Positions 27,669 to 37,840 of a stretch of DNA of 49,599 nt are shown here, one piece after another (within the stretch, counting starts at the first letter, position 1; each line of letters begins with the position of its first letter). The notes under the pieces were generated by a model, which saw nothing but the letters and a program-made list of their open reading frames with translations, did no database searches and had not been told where the DNA came from. Position numbers and translations under genes: made by a program. The DNA is from an uncultured Saprospiraceae bacterium (GTDB taxonomy: Bacteria > Bacteroidota > Bacteroidia > Chitinophagales > Saprospiraceae): positions 1 to 49,599 of the forward strand of contig CAKZQC010000009.1 of NCBI GenBank assembly GCA_937139495.1, given 5' to 3'.

Positions 27669-29384
27669 ATGACCTCGAAACAAACACAAATAGACACGAA
27701 AAAAATACAGACCTTAACTATTGAAAAAATATTGACTATTGTTGATGTTTTTCATGTAGCTCCTTATCAGAGGGGCTATCGTTGGGGGACAGAGCAGGTA
27801 TTGGCATTGCTCAATGATATTAATGGGAATGCAGATGGTTTTTATTGCTTACAGCCAATTGTAGTAGCTGACTTGTCTGAGACAGAAAAGCCTAAAAAAT
27901 GGGAATTGATAGATGGGCAGCAGCGCATGACTACTATCTTTTTGATATTGCATGCGTTGAAGGACGTTGAGGAAATATACCGTTTAGATTATCAAACAAG
28001 GAAAGAAACATGTACATACTTGGAGGAAATAGGAGAAAACTACGATATTGTTACTAACCTAGAAAAGAATGATGATATTAATAATATTGATAGTCGTTGT
28101 ATTCATAACAGTGTAACCGAAATAAATAAATGGCTGAAGGATAGTGAAATAGATAAAGAAATTTTCAAGAATAAACTACTCCAAAAAACGCTACTTATTT
28201 GGTATCCAGTTTATAATGCTGATGTCAATGCTGAACAAGTATTCCTTAATCTCAATAGTGGTAAAATTAGGCTCAATAGTTCAGAGCTGATTAAGGCACT
28301 TTTTATATTTGATATAGAAAAAGGCGATAAAAAAGACAAGAAAAGTTGGGAGTTGAAAGAAATTAAAAAACAGACATTTGCTCAAGAGTGGGACGCTATC
28401 GAAAAAGGACTACACAATGACAAATTGTGGTACTTCTTGCAGCCGCTACAATCCAATAATGCTCATACTCGTATTGGGTTGTTGTTTGATTTGATTAGTG
28501 ATAGAAAGGGCAATGAAAATCCACTTCATGCGTACCAATATTATAGTAAAGATTCAACAAAATTAGACTGGGATAAGGTCAAACAGCACTATCAGACGAT
28601 ACAAAGCTGGTACAATAACATAGAGCTTTTTCACCGTATTGGTTATCTGGTCAATAGCAGTGCGAAGCATACTTTTGGCGATTTGATGACAGATTTGAGC
28701 TCAAAGCAAAAAAGTGAAGTAAAGGCGGAATTGGAAGAGAAAATAAAGCAGCATTTTAAAAAGCGTACTGAAATAACAGATGGCAATATTGATGCGTTGA
28801 CTTATAGCAATAAGAAAGAAAAAACTCAATGTCAAGATGTACTGCTGTGGCACAATATCATAACGACAGAACAACTGCTAGTACAGCAGCGTTTTCCCTT
28901 TTATTTGTACCAAAAAGAAAAATGGTCGCTAGAGCATATCCACCCACAAAATCCAAATGAAAAGGATAGAGAAGAATGGCAAAAAGGATTGGCAGAGATG
29001 CTTGGAAAAGAAGGACAACTTACTGAAGAGCAAAAAAAACTAGCAAGTGAAAAAACAGTAGAAGAAAGGCAAAAGGAACTAGAGGAGGAACATGGTGAAC
29101 TGTTGAATACGATTGGTAATTTAGTACTGTTGGATAGGCAATCGAATAGTAGTTTATCCAATAATAATTTTCAAGAAAAAAGACGACTGTTACTGGATAG
29201 GGAAGGCGGCAAGAAAAACTATATTCCTGTAGCTACTTTGCACGCCTTCCTGAAGAAATATAATAATACAACAGAACCAGTCTCGTTGACGTATTGGACA
29301 GCAGAAGATTCGGCAGCTTATCAAGCTGATATAGAGAAAAGTATCAAAGACTTATTATCGCAAACTCCAAACCCTCAAAAGTAA
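27669..29384 (+). CDS. GmrSD-like type IV restriction endonuclease (DUF262 + DUF1524)
   Basis: N-terminal DUF262 motifs YQRGYRW and DGQQRMTT. C-terminal DUF1524 His-Me finger region WSLEHIHPQNPN ... GNLVLLDRQSNSSLSNN. Confidence 0.8.
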   Translation: MTSKQTQIDTKKIQTLTIEKILTIVDVFHVAPYQRGYRWGTEQVLALLNDINGNADGFYCLQPIVVADLSETEKPKKWELIDGQQRMTTIFLILHALKDVEEIYRLDYQTRKETCTYLEEIGENYDIVTNLEKNDDINNIDSRCIHNSVTEINKWLKDSEIDKEIFKNKLLQKTLLIWYPVYNADVNAEQVFLNLNSGKIRLNSSELIKALFIFDIEKGDKKDKKSWELKEIKKQTFAQEWDAIEKGLHNDKLWYFLQPLQSNNAHTRIGLLFDLISDRKGNENPLHAYQYYSKDSTKLDWDKVKQHYQTIQSWYNNIELFHRIGYLVNSSAKHTFGDLMTDLSSKQKSEVKAELEEKIKQHFKKRTEITDGNIDALTYSNKKEKTQCQDVLLWHNIITTEQLLVQQRFPFYLYQKEKWSLEHIHPQNPNEKDREEWQKGLAEMLGKEGQLTEEQKKLASEKTVEERQKELEEEHGELLNTIGNLVLLDRQSNSSLSNNNFQEKRRLLLDREGGKKNYIPVATLHAFLKKYNNTTEPVSLTYWTAEDSAAYQADIEKSIKDLLSQTPNPQK

Positions 29385-29390
29385 ATTCCC

Positions 29391-31889
29391 ATGATTAATG
29401 AATCACAAGCAGAACAGCAATATAATTTACGTAAATTATTAGGCGAATACACTATCGAAATTCCGCCTATACAGCGAGATTATGCCCAAGGTAGAGTAGA
29501 TGATACTAGAGTGACTACCATACGAGAACAGTTTGTAAGTACCTTGTTGGATACACTCCAAGAAGGTGATAGCTTAGGATTGGACTTTATTTATGGCAAG
29601 TCATTTAACAAAGAACTGCGACTGAATCAACAGAAAAAAGAAGAGGCACTCGAATCTCTTTTGCAGCCAATTAAGAAGTACAGCGAGGAGATAGATTGTA
29701 CCATTACCTACAAAATAACAGCTACATTAAATACAAAGGAATCGGGAGAAAAGGTACTTATTCTGTTGGACGGACAGCAACGAGTGACGACACTATTTTT
29801 GCTGCATTGGTGGGTCGGGGCAATAGCAAAAAAAGATCTAGCACTACTCAAAAAATTTAGTTATAAAACACGTAGCAGTTCTACAGATTTTTGTGCCAAA
29901 CTCATAGAGAACGCCAACACGGTTATTGCAGACCAGGAAAATTATAATAGTATAGAAGAAAATATTGTGGATCAAAGTTGGTTTGCAGATAGCTGGCTGG
30001 CTGATCCTACGGTACAGGGTATGCTAGTGATGTTGTGCGAGATAGAAAAGCAGGCTAAAAGCAAAGCATTAGATTATGAAAATGTGTGGGCAAATCTTGA
30101 CAAAATTACTTTCGATTTTTTTGATATGAAAGAACATGGCTTGTCTGATGAGTTGTATGTCAAAATGAATGCAAGGGGGAAGCACTTGAGTGATTTTGAA
30201 AACTTCAAAGCATGGTTGTTAAAGCATATTACTAAGAAAGAATACAGTATTGCCAATGAAAATTGGGAAACTAAACTAGATAAAGATTGGCTTGATTTGT
30301 TTTGGCGGGTAACTTCTGAAGAAAAATCGTTGGAATTAGAAGAGCAGATAAAAGTAACAGACAGCTATTACTTATCTTTTTTCAAGACGATGGCTTTGTA
30401 TGGCTATATCTTACGAGAGAATCCAAAGGATGAGGAAAGAGAAAAACAAGAAAAAAAGGTCTACGAGCTATTCACAATCAATCAATTTGTCCCAACCCAA
30501 ACCTATGAAGATTATGAGCTTTTTGATGAAAAAACTATCAATAATGCCTTTAAGGTATTAGAAGTTTTGAGAGATAAAACTAAACTTGATTTATTAGAAT
30601 GTATTGTGAAAAAATATTGGAAATTTCCTTTTACCAAGAAAGACGAATTCAAGTCATTTAAGAATGCCTTGCTTAAAGATTTTGGGGCGAAATCACAACC
30701 TCATCAGGTTTTTATATTTTCTATTGTTTCGCTTATGTTGAAAAAAGACATTACTGAAAGTAATAAAGCAGCATTGGAGCAACAAGTACGTTTACAGCGA
30801 AACTTGATTTATAATCAAACTATACAATCTAAAGAAAATGTTTTTGATGCCATTCAACAAATTAATGAATTTGATTATAAAATCTCATCGATAGCTAGGC
30901 TATTTTTTGCGACTCAAAAACAACGCGAAGAGGAAAAAAAGAAACTTGAATTATTAGAGAAAGATGACAAATGGTTGGATGCAATCGAAAAAGCAGAAAA
31001 TCACTTTTACTTATATGGACAGATTGGATTTTTGTTGGACTTGGCGAAGGTAGATGATGGCAAGTATGATTTGAAATTATTTGAAGACTACTACGGTAAG
31101 ATAGAATCTTTGTTAGAACTTATTGAAAAAGAAAAGTCTAATGAACACTTGTTACAACGTTATCTATTAGCTAAGTATGATGAGGAACAGATATTACAAA
31201 AATTTGGAGATTGGAGGCAAAGGAGTCGTATCTACAGTAATACACATGCTAACAATAGAGAAAGAAATGAAAATTGGCGTAATTTATTCAAGAATCAAAA
31301 GCTTAAAGAGATACTTGATGATTTTTGTGGGATAGCTACCGGTAATGATAACGAAGTTAGGATTAATGAAGCTAGAGCTATCATTAATGATTATGTACCA
31401 TCAATGCAGCCTAATAATTGGAAAGGGATGCTGAGCGAAAAATATAAAGCGTGTTTTGACTACATGAAGAAAAATATCATCATAATAGGTGACAATGAAT
31501 ATGAAGTAGAAATATTGAAGGGGAATGATTTTAGGTCAGACCATACCTCGCTATATCTGTACATGTTGTTCTTGGAGCTAACTAAAAATAAGGAAACGAA
31601 TAATTGGCTAAAAACAACTACGGTACGCCATGATTCTATCAAGGGCGATACTAACAGAAAAAACGATAATTATCCTTGGATACAATTAGAGCCAGAAGGT
31701 AAGCCAAATATATGGATTAGCTTTTTGTCAGATACAGATTCAGCTAGATTCATAATAGAATACCTGAACGAAGAGGAGGAGGTTCAAATATGTGAATGGA
31801 TACCTAATGAAGAAATTAATATCTATGATTATATAGCAAAAGCAGTTATTAGAATACAAGAAATAATAGAAAATCCACCAAACGAATAA
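29391..31889 (+). CDS. DUF262 domain protein with long uncharacterised C-terminal region (GmrS-like paralogue)
   Basis: N-terminal IPPIQRDYAQGR and LLDGQQRVTTLFLL are DUF262 motifs. The remaining ~550 aa have no recognisable motif. Starts 7 nt after the upstream gene. Confidence 0.7.
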   Translation: MINESQAEQQYNLRKLLGEYTIEIPPIQRDYAQGRVDDTRVTTIREQFVSTLLDTLQEGDSLGLDFIYGKSFNKELRLNQQKKEEALESLLQPIKKYSEEIDCTITYKITATLNTKESGEKVLILLDGQQRVTTLFLLHWWVGAIAKKDLALLKKFSYKTRSSSTDFCAKLIENANTVIADQENYNSIEENIVDQSWFADSWLADPTVQGMLVMLCEIEKQAKSKALDYENVWANLDKITFDFFDMKEHGLSDELYVKMNARGKHLSDFENFKAWLLKHITKKEYSIANENWETKLDKDWLDLFWRVTSEEKSLELEEQIKVTDSYYLSFFKTMALYGYILRENPKDEEREKQEKKVYELFTINQFVPTQTYEDYELFDEKTINNAFKVLEVLRDKTKLDLLECIVKKYWKFPFTKKDEFKSFKNALLKDFGAKSQPHQVFIFSIVSLMLKKDITESNKAALEQQVRLQRNLIYNQTIQSKENVFDAIQQINEFDYKISSIARLFFATQKQREEEKKKLELLEKDDKWLDAIEKAENHFYLYGQIGFLLDLAKVDDGKYDLKLFEDYYGKIESLLELIEKEKSNEHLLQRYLLAKYDEEQILQKFGDWRQRSRIYSNTHANNRERNENWRNLFKNQKLKEILDDFCGIATGNDNEVRINEARAIINDYVPSMQPNNWKGMLSEKYKACFDYMKKNIIIIGDNEYEVEILKGNDFRSDHTSLYLYMLFLELTKNKETNNWLKTTTVRHDSIKGDTNRKNDNYPWIQLEPEGKPNIWISFLSDTDSARFIIEYLNEEEEVQICEWIPNEEINIYDYIAKAVIRIQEIIENPPNE

Positions 31890-31894
31890 AAACA

Positions 31895-31930
31895 TAAAAA
31901 AAGAGCAATACACTTGAGGTGTATTGCTCT
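31895..31930. terminator. Bidirectional terminator between convergent DUF262 gene and tricorn protease gene
   Basis: agagcaatacac [ttgag] gtgtattgctct. The A7 run on the plus strand upstream of the hairpin gives a T-run on the minus strand. Confidence 0.75.
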
Positions 31931-31954
31931 AACTATTTTATAGATTCCTAATCT

Positions 31955-34900
31955 TTATTTTCCTTCCACTTCTCGAAGTAATTCTTTCACTGCCGCTTCG
32001 ATTTGCAAATCTTGACCAGCCGTAACAGAGGCAGGCGTATTTTCTACTTTAATATCGGGATTAAGTTGCGTGTTTTCTAGAAAAGTACCATCATTGGTGA
32101 CCATACCCACCTGCGGAATACCAAAGACATAACCACCGGGGAGACGTTCCCACCAAACAGCCGTAGCTGTACCAGGGACAGGCATGCCCACGAGTTTGCC
32201 GACACCCAATGCCTTGTACGTGTAGGGGAACATGTGCGCATCAGAATAATTGCCTTCGCCCATCAAAACGATAGAAGGTTTGTACCATTTGAACATCGGT
32301 TCTGTTGCTAGTTTTTGGTCTCTCGGTTGTACTTGCAAATATACTTTTCCGTTTAGAAATGTCGCCAAATCATCGTGCAACCAACCGCCTCCATTGAAGC
32401 GAGTATCTACGATAATTGCCTTTTTGTTGGCATTCAAACCCAATACTTCTTCATAGACCGTTTTGAAACTCTCGTTGTTCATGCCTTTGACGTGAACATA
32501 GCCGATTTTTCCGTCCGAAGCCTTATCGGCAATCGCTCTACAATTTTCTACCCAACGCTGATAGCGGAGTTCAAATTCTTGCCCTCTTGTTATGGGTTTT
32601 ACCGTTTCTTCCCAACGCTCACTGGTGGCAGGGTCGTAGAGCGAAAGTAAGGTGTATTTGCCTGCTTTTCTGTTTAGAAATTGATAATGATTGGTTTTGA
32701 AATCAAGCGTTTGACCGTCTATTTTTTCGATAACAACGCCTGCTTTTATTTTAGAATTTTTGGTCAACATCGGGTGCTTAGGCAGCACTTCCGATATTTT
32801 TAGACCATTCTGCTCGTAGCTATTGTCATAGAAAAAACCAAGGGAAGCGGTTGCGTCGCCATTTTTCAATTTGCCACCATAATAACGACAGCCAGTATGC
32901 GAAGCATTCAGCTCGCCCAATAGTTCGGACATCATTTCCGAGAAGTCAAAACCATTGTTGATGTGCGGCAAATATTTTTTGTATTCTTTCTTGTAGAATA
33001 CCCAATCAACACCATGCAGGTCTTTTTTGTAGAATTTTTTGACCACTTGTCTCCAAGCGTGTTCAAAGAGATAATCTCTTTCGGCAGCCTCTTTGAGTTC
33101 CATTTCTCCTTTGAGGGCAATCGGTTTGCTTTTGGCGTTCGATAGCTCGATGCGCATCAGTTTGCCACCATTGATAATGAATAGATATTTGCCATCTTTA
33201 GAGAGCTCCATTCCGCCACCACGAGAACCCATTTTTTTTAGGATTTTAGTTTCTCTGGTACGCAAATCGGTTTGCCACAAATCAAAACCTTTCTCAAAGG
33301 CAGCCATATAATACAGCTTTTCGCCATCTTTGGAAACAACCGCATCGGTCAGCGAAGATGAGTGCAGCGTCAAGCGTCTTTTTCTGTCAAAAATACCGTC
33401 CAAATCAATCTCAATAGACTTGATGGTATCTGTTTTAGCTTTGTCGTCCTCGTCGGTGTCTTCTTTCTTGTCGTCCTCGTCCGTATCTTTTTTATCCGCT
33501 TTAGCAGGTTTATCTTTTTTTGTTTTGTTGTCTTTTTCCGCTTCTTTTAGCAATTGAAATTCTTCTTTGGTCAATCGCATTTTGTCCCACGCATCTTGGG
33601 TCAAGTACATACCATAGACATCGGATTGGCTTCCCCAACTCGCTTGGTTTTTCATGCCATCTCTACCCGAAAACCAAATCATCATTTTGCCGTCCATCAT
33701 CCACTTTGGGCTGCCGTCGCCATAGCCACTACGAGTCAAGTTGAGCGGCTCCTTTGTCGAGCCATCGGAAGGAATCAGACCAACTTCCGAAATCCATTGT
33801 CCGTCTTGCAGATAATTGACCAAAAACCATTTGCCGTCAGGCGACCATTGATAATGTTGATCACCATCAGAGTACGAATAATTTTTGCCACCATCGAGTA
33901 TGGTGCGTACTTTTTTGCTCTCCAAATTGATGACTTGCAGTTCGGTTCTTTCCGAAAGGAACGCTACTTCTTTGCCTGTTGGCGAATAAGCAGGTTGGAA
34001 TGTTTCTTGGTCGGTCGTCAATACTTCTTCTTCTACTAAAATAGTAGCGTTGAAAAAATACTTTTCTTCTTCTCTCGCCAATTTAGTTTGGTACAAATTC
34101 CATGAGCCATTGCGCTCCGAAGCGTACAAAATACTACGTCCGTCAGGACTAAAACTAGCAGTACGTTCCATTTCTGGCGTGTTGGTAATCCGTTTGGTCA
34201 AGCCACTCTCGATAGACGAAACAAACACTTCACCTCTATTGACAAACAAAACTTCCTTGCCGTTGGGCGATACATCCATTTCATTAGCGGAGCTAATCGG
34301 GACTATTTTTTCAGCATTGTAGCGGTCATCGACTAGCACTTCTATTTTTACTTTTTTTGGCTTTTCGCCAACACGCATAGTATAAATTTCACCATCATAA
34401 TTGAAGCAAAGCGTGCCATCACTCGCCATGGTCAACGAGCGAATCGGATGCTTTTTTAGTTTGGTCAATTGCTTGCTGGTCGTTTCGTTGGCAAGCGGCA
34501 TGTCGTTTTTCATGTCGTACGTGATGCTGTGCACATTATAGCTGCCACTTTCTTCACTCAAGTAATACAGTGTTTTGCCATCAGGAGCAAAAATTGGATT
34601 TCTGTCTTCGCCTGCGAAGTTGGTAATCTGTTTGTATTTTTTGTTCTTGACATCATAAATCCACAAATCTCTAGCAATAGAAGAGGTGTGATGTTTTCTA
34701 AATTCGTCTTCGTATCCTTTCTTGTCATGGTACGCCATCAAGTTGCCTGTTTGGTCAAATTTGGCGTCGCCAGTCGGTATGGTCAAGTATAGATAAGGGC
34801 GACCGCCTTCTCTAGGTATCAAGTACGTTTCGGGCAATCTTCCAGAAGGAAACATTCGATTGTCGGCATCATCTGTTCGCAAAGAAGAAAAAATAACGGA

Positions 34901-35266
34901 CTGGTTATTTCTAGTAAAATCCATCGGGAAATCATCGGCAGAATGATACGTCAATCGAGTAGGGGCGCCGCCTTTGGCAGACATAATATAAACATCAAAA
35001 TTGCCGTAGCGATTGGACGCAAAAGCAATGTGTTTGGCATCGGTTGACCATACTGGTTTGTAGTCGTGGGCTTCGTGTAGCGTCAATATTTGAGCGGTGC
35101 CGCCTTGTGTCGGCACTTTGTATAAGTCGCCTTTGTAGCTGAATACAATGTTTGCCCCGTCAGGGGCAATAGCAGGATAGCGAGTCCAGAGTGGCGTTTC
35201 TTGTGCTATCAATGGAGTCATTGTCAAACTCACAAGAATTAGCAATACAAATTTGATTGTTGTCAT
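31955..35266 (-). CDS. Tricorn protease homologue (S41 peptidase with beta-propeller domains)
   Basis: Signal peptide, then IAPDGANIVFSYKGDLYKV typical of the tricorn N-terminus. Repeated beta-propeller segments. C-terminal S41/tail-specific protease-like domain. Internal acidic Lys/Asp/Glu insert. Confidence 0.75.
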   Translation of the reverse strand: MTTIKFVLLILVSLTMTPLIAQETPLWTRYPAIAPDGANIVFSYKGDLYKVPTQGGTAQILTLHEAHDYKPVWSTDAKHIAFASNRYGNFDVYIMSAKGGAPTRLTYHSADDFPMDFTRNNQSVIFSSLRTDDADNRMFPSGRLPETYLIPREGGRPYLYLTIPTGDAKFDQTGNLMAYHDKKGYEDEFRKHHTSSIARDLWIYDVKNKKYKQITNFAGEDRNPIFAPDGKTLYYLSEESGSYNVHSITYDMKNDMPLANETTSKQLTKLKKHPIRSLTMASDGTLCFNYDGEIYTMRVGEKPKKVKIEVLVDDRYNAEKIVPISSANEMDVSPNGKEVLFVNRGEVFVSSIESGLTKRITNTPEMERTASFSPDGRSILYASERNGSWNLYQTKLAREEEKYFFNATILVEEEVLTTDQETFQPAYSPTGKEVAFLSERTELQVINLESKKVRTILDGGKNYSYSDGDQHYQWSPDGKWFLVNYLQDGQWISEVGLIPSDGSTKEPLNLTRSGYGDGSPKWMMDGKMMIWFSGRDGMKNQASWGSQSDVYGMYLTQDAWDKMRLTKEEFQLLKEAEKDNKTKKDKPAKADKKDTDEDDKKEDTDEDDKAKTDTIKSIEIDLDGIFDRKRRLTLHSSSLTDAVVSKDGEKLYYMAAFEKGFDLWQTDLRTRETKILKKMGSRGGGMELSKDGKYLFIINGGKLMRIELSNAKSKPIALKGEMELKEAAERDYLFEHAWRQVVKKFYKKDLHGVDWVFYKKEYKKYLPHINNGFDFSEMMSELLGELNASHTGCRYYGGKLKNGDATASLGFFYDNSYEQNGLKISEVLPKHPMLTKNSKIKAGVVIEKIDGQTLDFKTNHYQFLNRKAGKYTLLSLYDPATSERWEETVKPITRGQEFELRYQRWVENCRAIADKASDGKIGYVHVKGMNNESFKTVYEEVLGLNANKKAIIVDTRFNGGGWLHDDLATFLNGKVYLQVQPRDQKLATEPMFKWYKPSIVLMGEGNYSDAHMFPYTYKALGVGKLVGMPVPGTATAVWWERLPGGYVFGIPQVGMVTNDGTFLENTQLNPDIKVENTPASVTAGQDLQIEAAVKELLREVEGK
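33441..33496 (-). repeat. Tandem ~27-nt duplication encoding an acidic DTDEDDKKE insert in the tricorn protease
   Basis: ttgtcgtcctcgtcggtgtcttctttc followed by ttgtcgtcctcgtccgtatctttttt. Confidence 0.6.
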
Positions 35267-35586
35267 GTCTATCTTTTTTGGTGGAACGAGCAGCCCAAGG
35301 CACTCAAATTTAGTTGATTGGCAAGTTATAAAATATCTGTCTCATTTGGAGGGAGATGAGAAAACGAAAATAAAAAAGTGACAGAAGGCGTGTATCTTTT
35401 GTAGAGGGAGCTGTCTTGGTTTTGTCCTACATGGTAGTTTGTCGACAAAAAGGTAAACGAAACGGTATGTTCATCAAAGAACGACGCTTTTTCTACTTTA
35501 TCGCAAATAAATCGTATTATTGCACTTTATTAAAGGTTATGTAAGTAAATTTCGTATGGCGAAGAAAATATCTTTTTCCGATTAGC

Positions 35587-35690
35587 GGCATCAAATGCTC
35601 GCCAAGTAGCTATGGCTACTTGACTGTGCTTTGATTTGCTACTCAAAAAAATCTATCTCTCCACCTATCATACAAAATCTACTTAAATAA
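35587..35690 (+). repeat. Copy B of the conserved intergenic element, upstream of ychF
   Basis: ggcatcaa ... ctttgatttgctactcaaaaaaatctatctctccacctatcatacaaaatctactt. Confidence 0.6.
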
Positions 35691-35727
35691 CCTTTATTTT
35701 TAATATTATAATTAATACGATCATAAA

Positions 35728-36828
35728 ATGGCTTTAAAATGTGGTATTGTAGGTTTGCCCAATGTTGGCAAATCCACCTTGTTTAATGCACTATCTAGTG
35801 CCAAAGCACTAGCAGCAAATTACCCATTCGCAACTAAAGAACCGAATGTAGGAACGATAACCGTACCTGACGAAAGGCTCAATAAATTGGAAGCGATTAT
35901 CAATCCTCAGAAAGTAATCCCAACAACGGTTGAGATTGTGGATATTGCAGGTTTGATCAAGGGAGCTAGCAAGGGCGAAGGATTGGGAAATCAGTTCTTG
36001 GGAAATATCCGTGAAGTAGATGCAATTGTACACGTTGTGCGTTGTTTTGACGATGGCAATATTGTACACGTAGATGGTAGTGTCAATCCAGTTCGTGACA
36101 AAGAAGTCATTGATATGGAATTGATATTCAAGGATATGGATTTGGTCGAAAAAAGAATCCATAAGCTGTCTAAACTAGCCAAAACAAACGATAAAGCAGT
36201 GGTGCGTCAGCTTGATATTGCGAAGGCATTGCTTCAGCACCTAGAAGACGAAAAGCCTGCTCGTAGTTTTGAGTTGGATAACGAAGATGCCGTTGCACTT
36301 GTTGCAGAAATGCAATTGTTGACAGCCAAGCCTATTATATATGTTTGTAATGTAGATGAAGAATCAGTTATAGACGGCAATAAATACACGGAACTTTTCA
36401 AGGAATTGGTGAAAGACGAAAACGCTGAAGTCCTATTGGTATCTGCTGCTATCGAAGCCGATATTGCAGAGTTAGAAAGCTATGAAGAACGCACTGAGTT
36501 TTTGGGCGAAATGGGACTGACGGAACCAGGTGTCAATAAAGTAATTAAGGCGTGTTACAACATCTTGAATTTGATTACTTATTTCACAGCAGGAGAGAAG
36601 GAAGTACGTGCTTGGACGATTATCAACGGCATGAAAGCACCACAAGCAGCAGGTGTTATCCATAGTGATTTTGAGCGTGGATTTATTAAGTCTAGAACCG
36701 TAGCGTACGAAGACTTTGTGACGCTTAATGGTTGGAAAGGGGCACAAGAAAATGGAGCATTGCGCCAAGAAGGAAAAGAATATATCGTAAAAGATGGCGA
36801 TTTGCTAGAATTTATGTTCAATGTATAA
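35728..36828 (+). CDS. ychF: Redox-regulated ribosome-binding ATPase YchF (OLA1)
   Basis: [23 protein letters not shown]-loop, TGS domain at the C-terminus, 366 aa. Confidence 0.95.
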   Translation: MALKCGIVGLPNVGKSTLFNALSSAKALAANYPFATKEPNVGTITVPDERLNKLEAIINPQKVIPTTVEIVDIAGLIKGASKGEGLGNQFLGNIREVDAIVHVVRCFDDGNIVHVDGSVNPVRDKEVIDMELIFKDMDLVEKRIHKLSKLAKTNDKAVVRQLDIAKALLQHLEDEKPARSFELDNEDAVALVAEMQLLTAKPIIYVCNVDEESVIDGNKYTELFKELVKDENAEVLLVSAAIEADIAELESYEERTEFLGEMGLTEPGVNKVIKACYNILNLITYFTAGEKEVRAWTIINGMKAPQAAGVIHSDFERGFIKSRTVAYEDFVTLNGWKGAQENGALRQEGKEYIVKDGDLLEFMFNV

Positions 36829-37047
36829 AGATATAGTTGCAAACTATTTACTTGTTTAAGTAGTTTTAAATAAAGCATTTGAGTAGCAATATAAGCTGTT
36901 CAGATGCTTTTTTGTTATAAAGCTAGGTTTGCTGTAGTTCTATTTTGGTACAGTTTTGTGGCATTCTACGAGAAGTCTATCTATGGTGACGGCTGTTGCA
37001 GTCTAAAAAATTAGCTTCTAAATTTATATTATAAAAATACAATATTC

Positions 37048-37650
37048 ATGAAAAGTACAATCTTATTAAGTTTAATTTTAGCAGTCTGCTTGTCCTCTTG
37101 TCAATTATTGAGCGACATTAGCGGAAGCACGACTTCTACTCGTACACCTGCTCCTTCTAGTCCTGCACCTTCAGAGCCTACTGGCGATGTGTATGCGGCT
37201 ACCAAATTCAAAATAGCAGGACCTTCGAATGCCGTAGCTTATGTCGAAAAGTACAAATATATAGCGGTTTCCGAAAGTCATCGAGTCAATATGCCAGCTA
37301 GTATCAAGCTGGCGCAAGGCATTTTGGAGTCTGGTTATGGGAGCAGTACTTTGGCGACCAAAGCGAATAATCACTTCGGGATCAAGTGTGGCATGGGCTG
37401 GAGTGGTCCTACGATGAGCTACAAGGGGAGTTGTTACCGCAAGTTCACGAGCGGCATGGATGCCTACAAAGAGCATTCTGATTTTTTGGTGAATGGTGAT
37501 CGTTACGACTTCCTTTTTAAGCTCAAAAGAAACGATTATAAAGGTTGGGCAAAAGGACTCAAAAAAGCAGGCTATGCCACCAATCCTTCTTACCCTGCCA
37601 AAGTAATTGAGTTGGTAGAACGTTATAAATTGTACAATTACGATAAATAA
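37048..37650 (+). CDS. Lipoprotein with GH73 mannosyl-glycoprotein endo-beta-N-acetylglucosaminidase domain
   Basis: Lipobox LSSC. AQGILESGYGSSTLATKANNHFGIKC matches the glucosaminidase (FlgJ-like) catalytic region. Confidence 0.7.
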   Translation: MKSTILLSLILAVCLSSCQLLSDISGSTTSTRTPAPSSPAPSEPTGDVYAATKFKIAGPSNAVAYVEKYKYIAVSESHRVNMPASIKLAQGILESGYGSSTLATKANNHFGIKCGMGWSGPTMSYKGSCYRKFTSGMDAYKEHSDFLVNGDRYDFLFKLKRNDYKGWAKGLKKAGYATNPSYPAKVIELVERYKLYNYDK

Positions 37651-37840
37651 GAGGCATATTGCTGCCTTGCAGTATCGAAATATTCTAACAAAATGCGTAC
37701 TATTGTGTAGCATTGGGCTAGAACCTAATATAGAAATTGTAAGCGTGTTTTTTTAAGTACCTTTTTTAGGGATTTGAATGCTACACTCATGGACATAATT
37801 TCTATTCAATCAAGAAAATTTCTAGAAGAACAGTAACATA

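Noticed and set aside
33330-34322. Cluster of plus-strand ORFs (60-161 aa) inside the tricorn protease gene
   Set aside because: They are shadow frames of the 1103-aa minus-strand gene. Their translations are hydrophobic and low-complexity with no motifs.
37171-37713. 180-aa minus-strand ORF overlapping the glucosaminidase gene
   Set aside because: It is antisense to a gene with a clear GH73 motif and has no features of its own.
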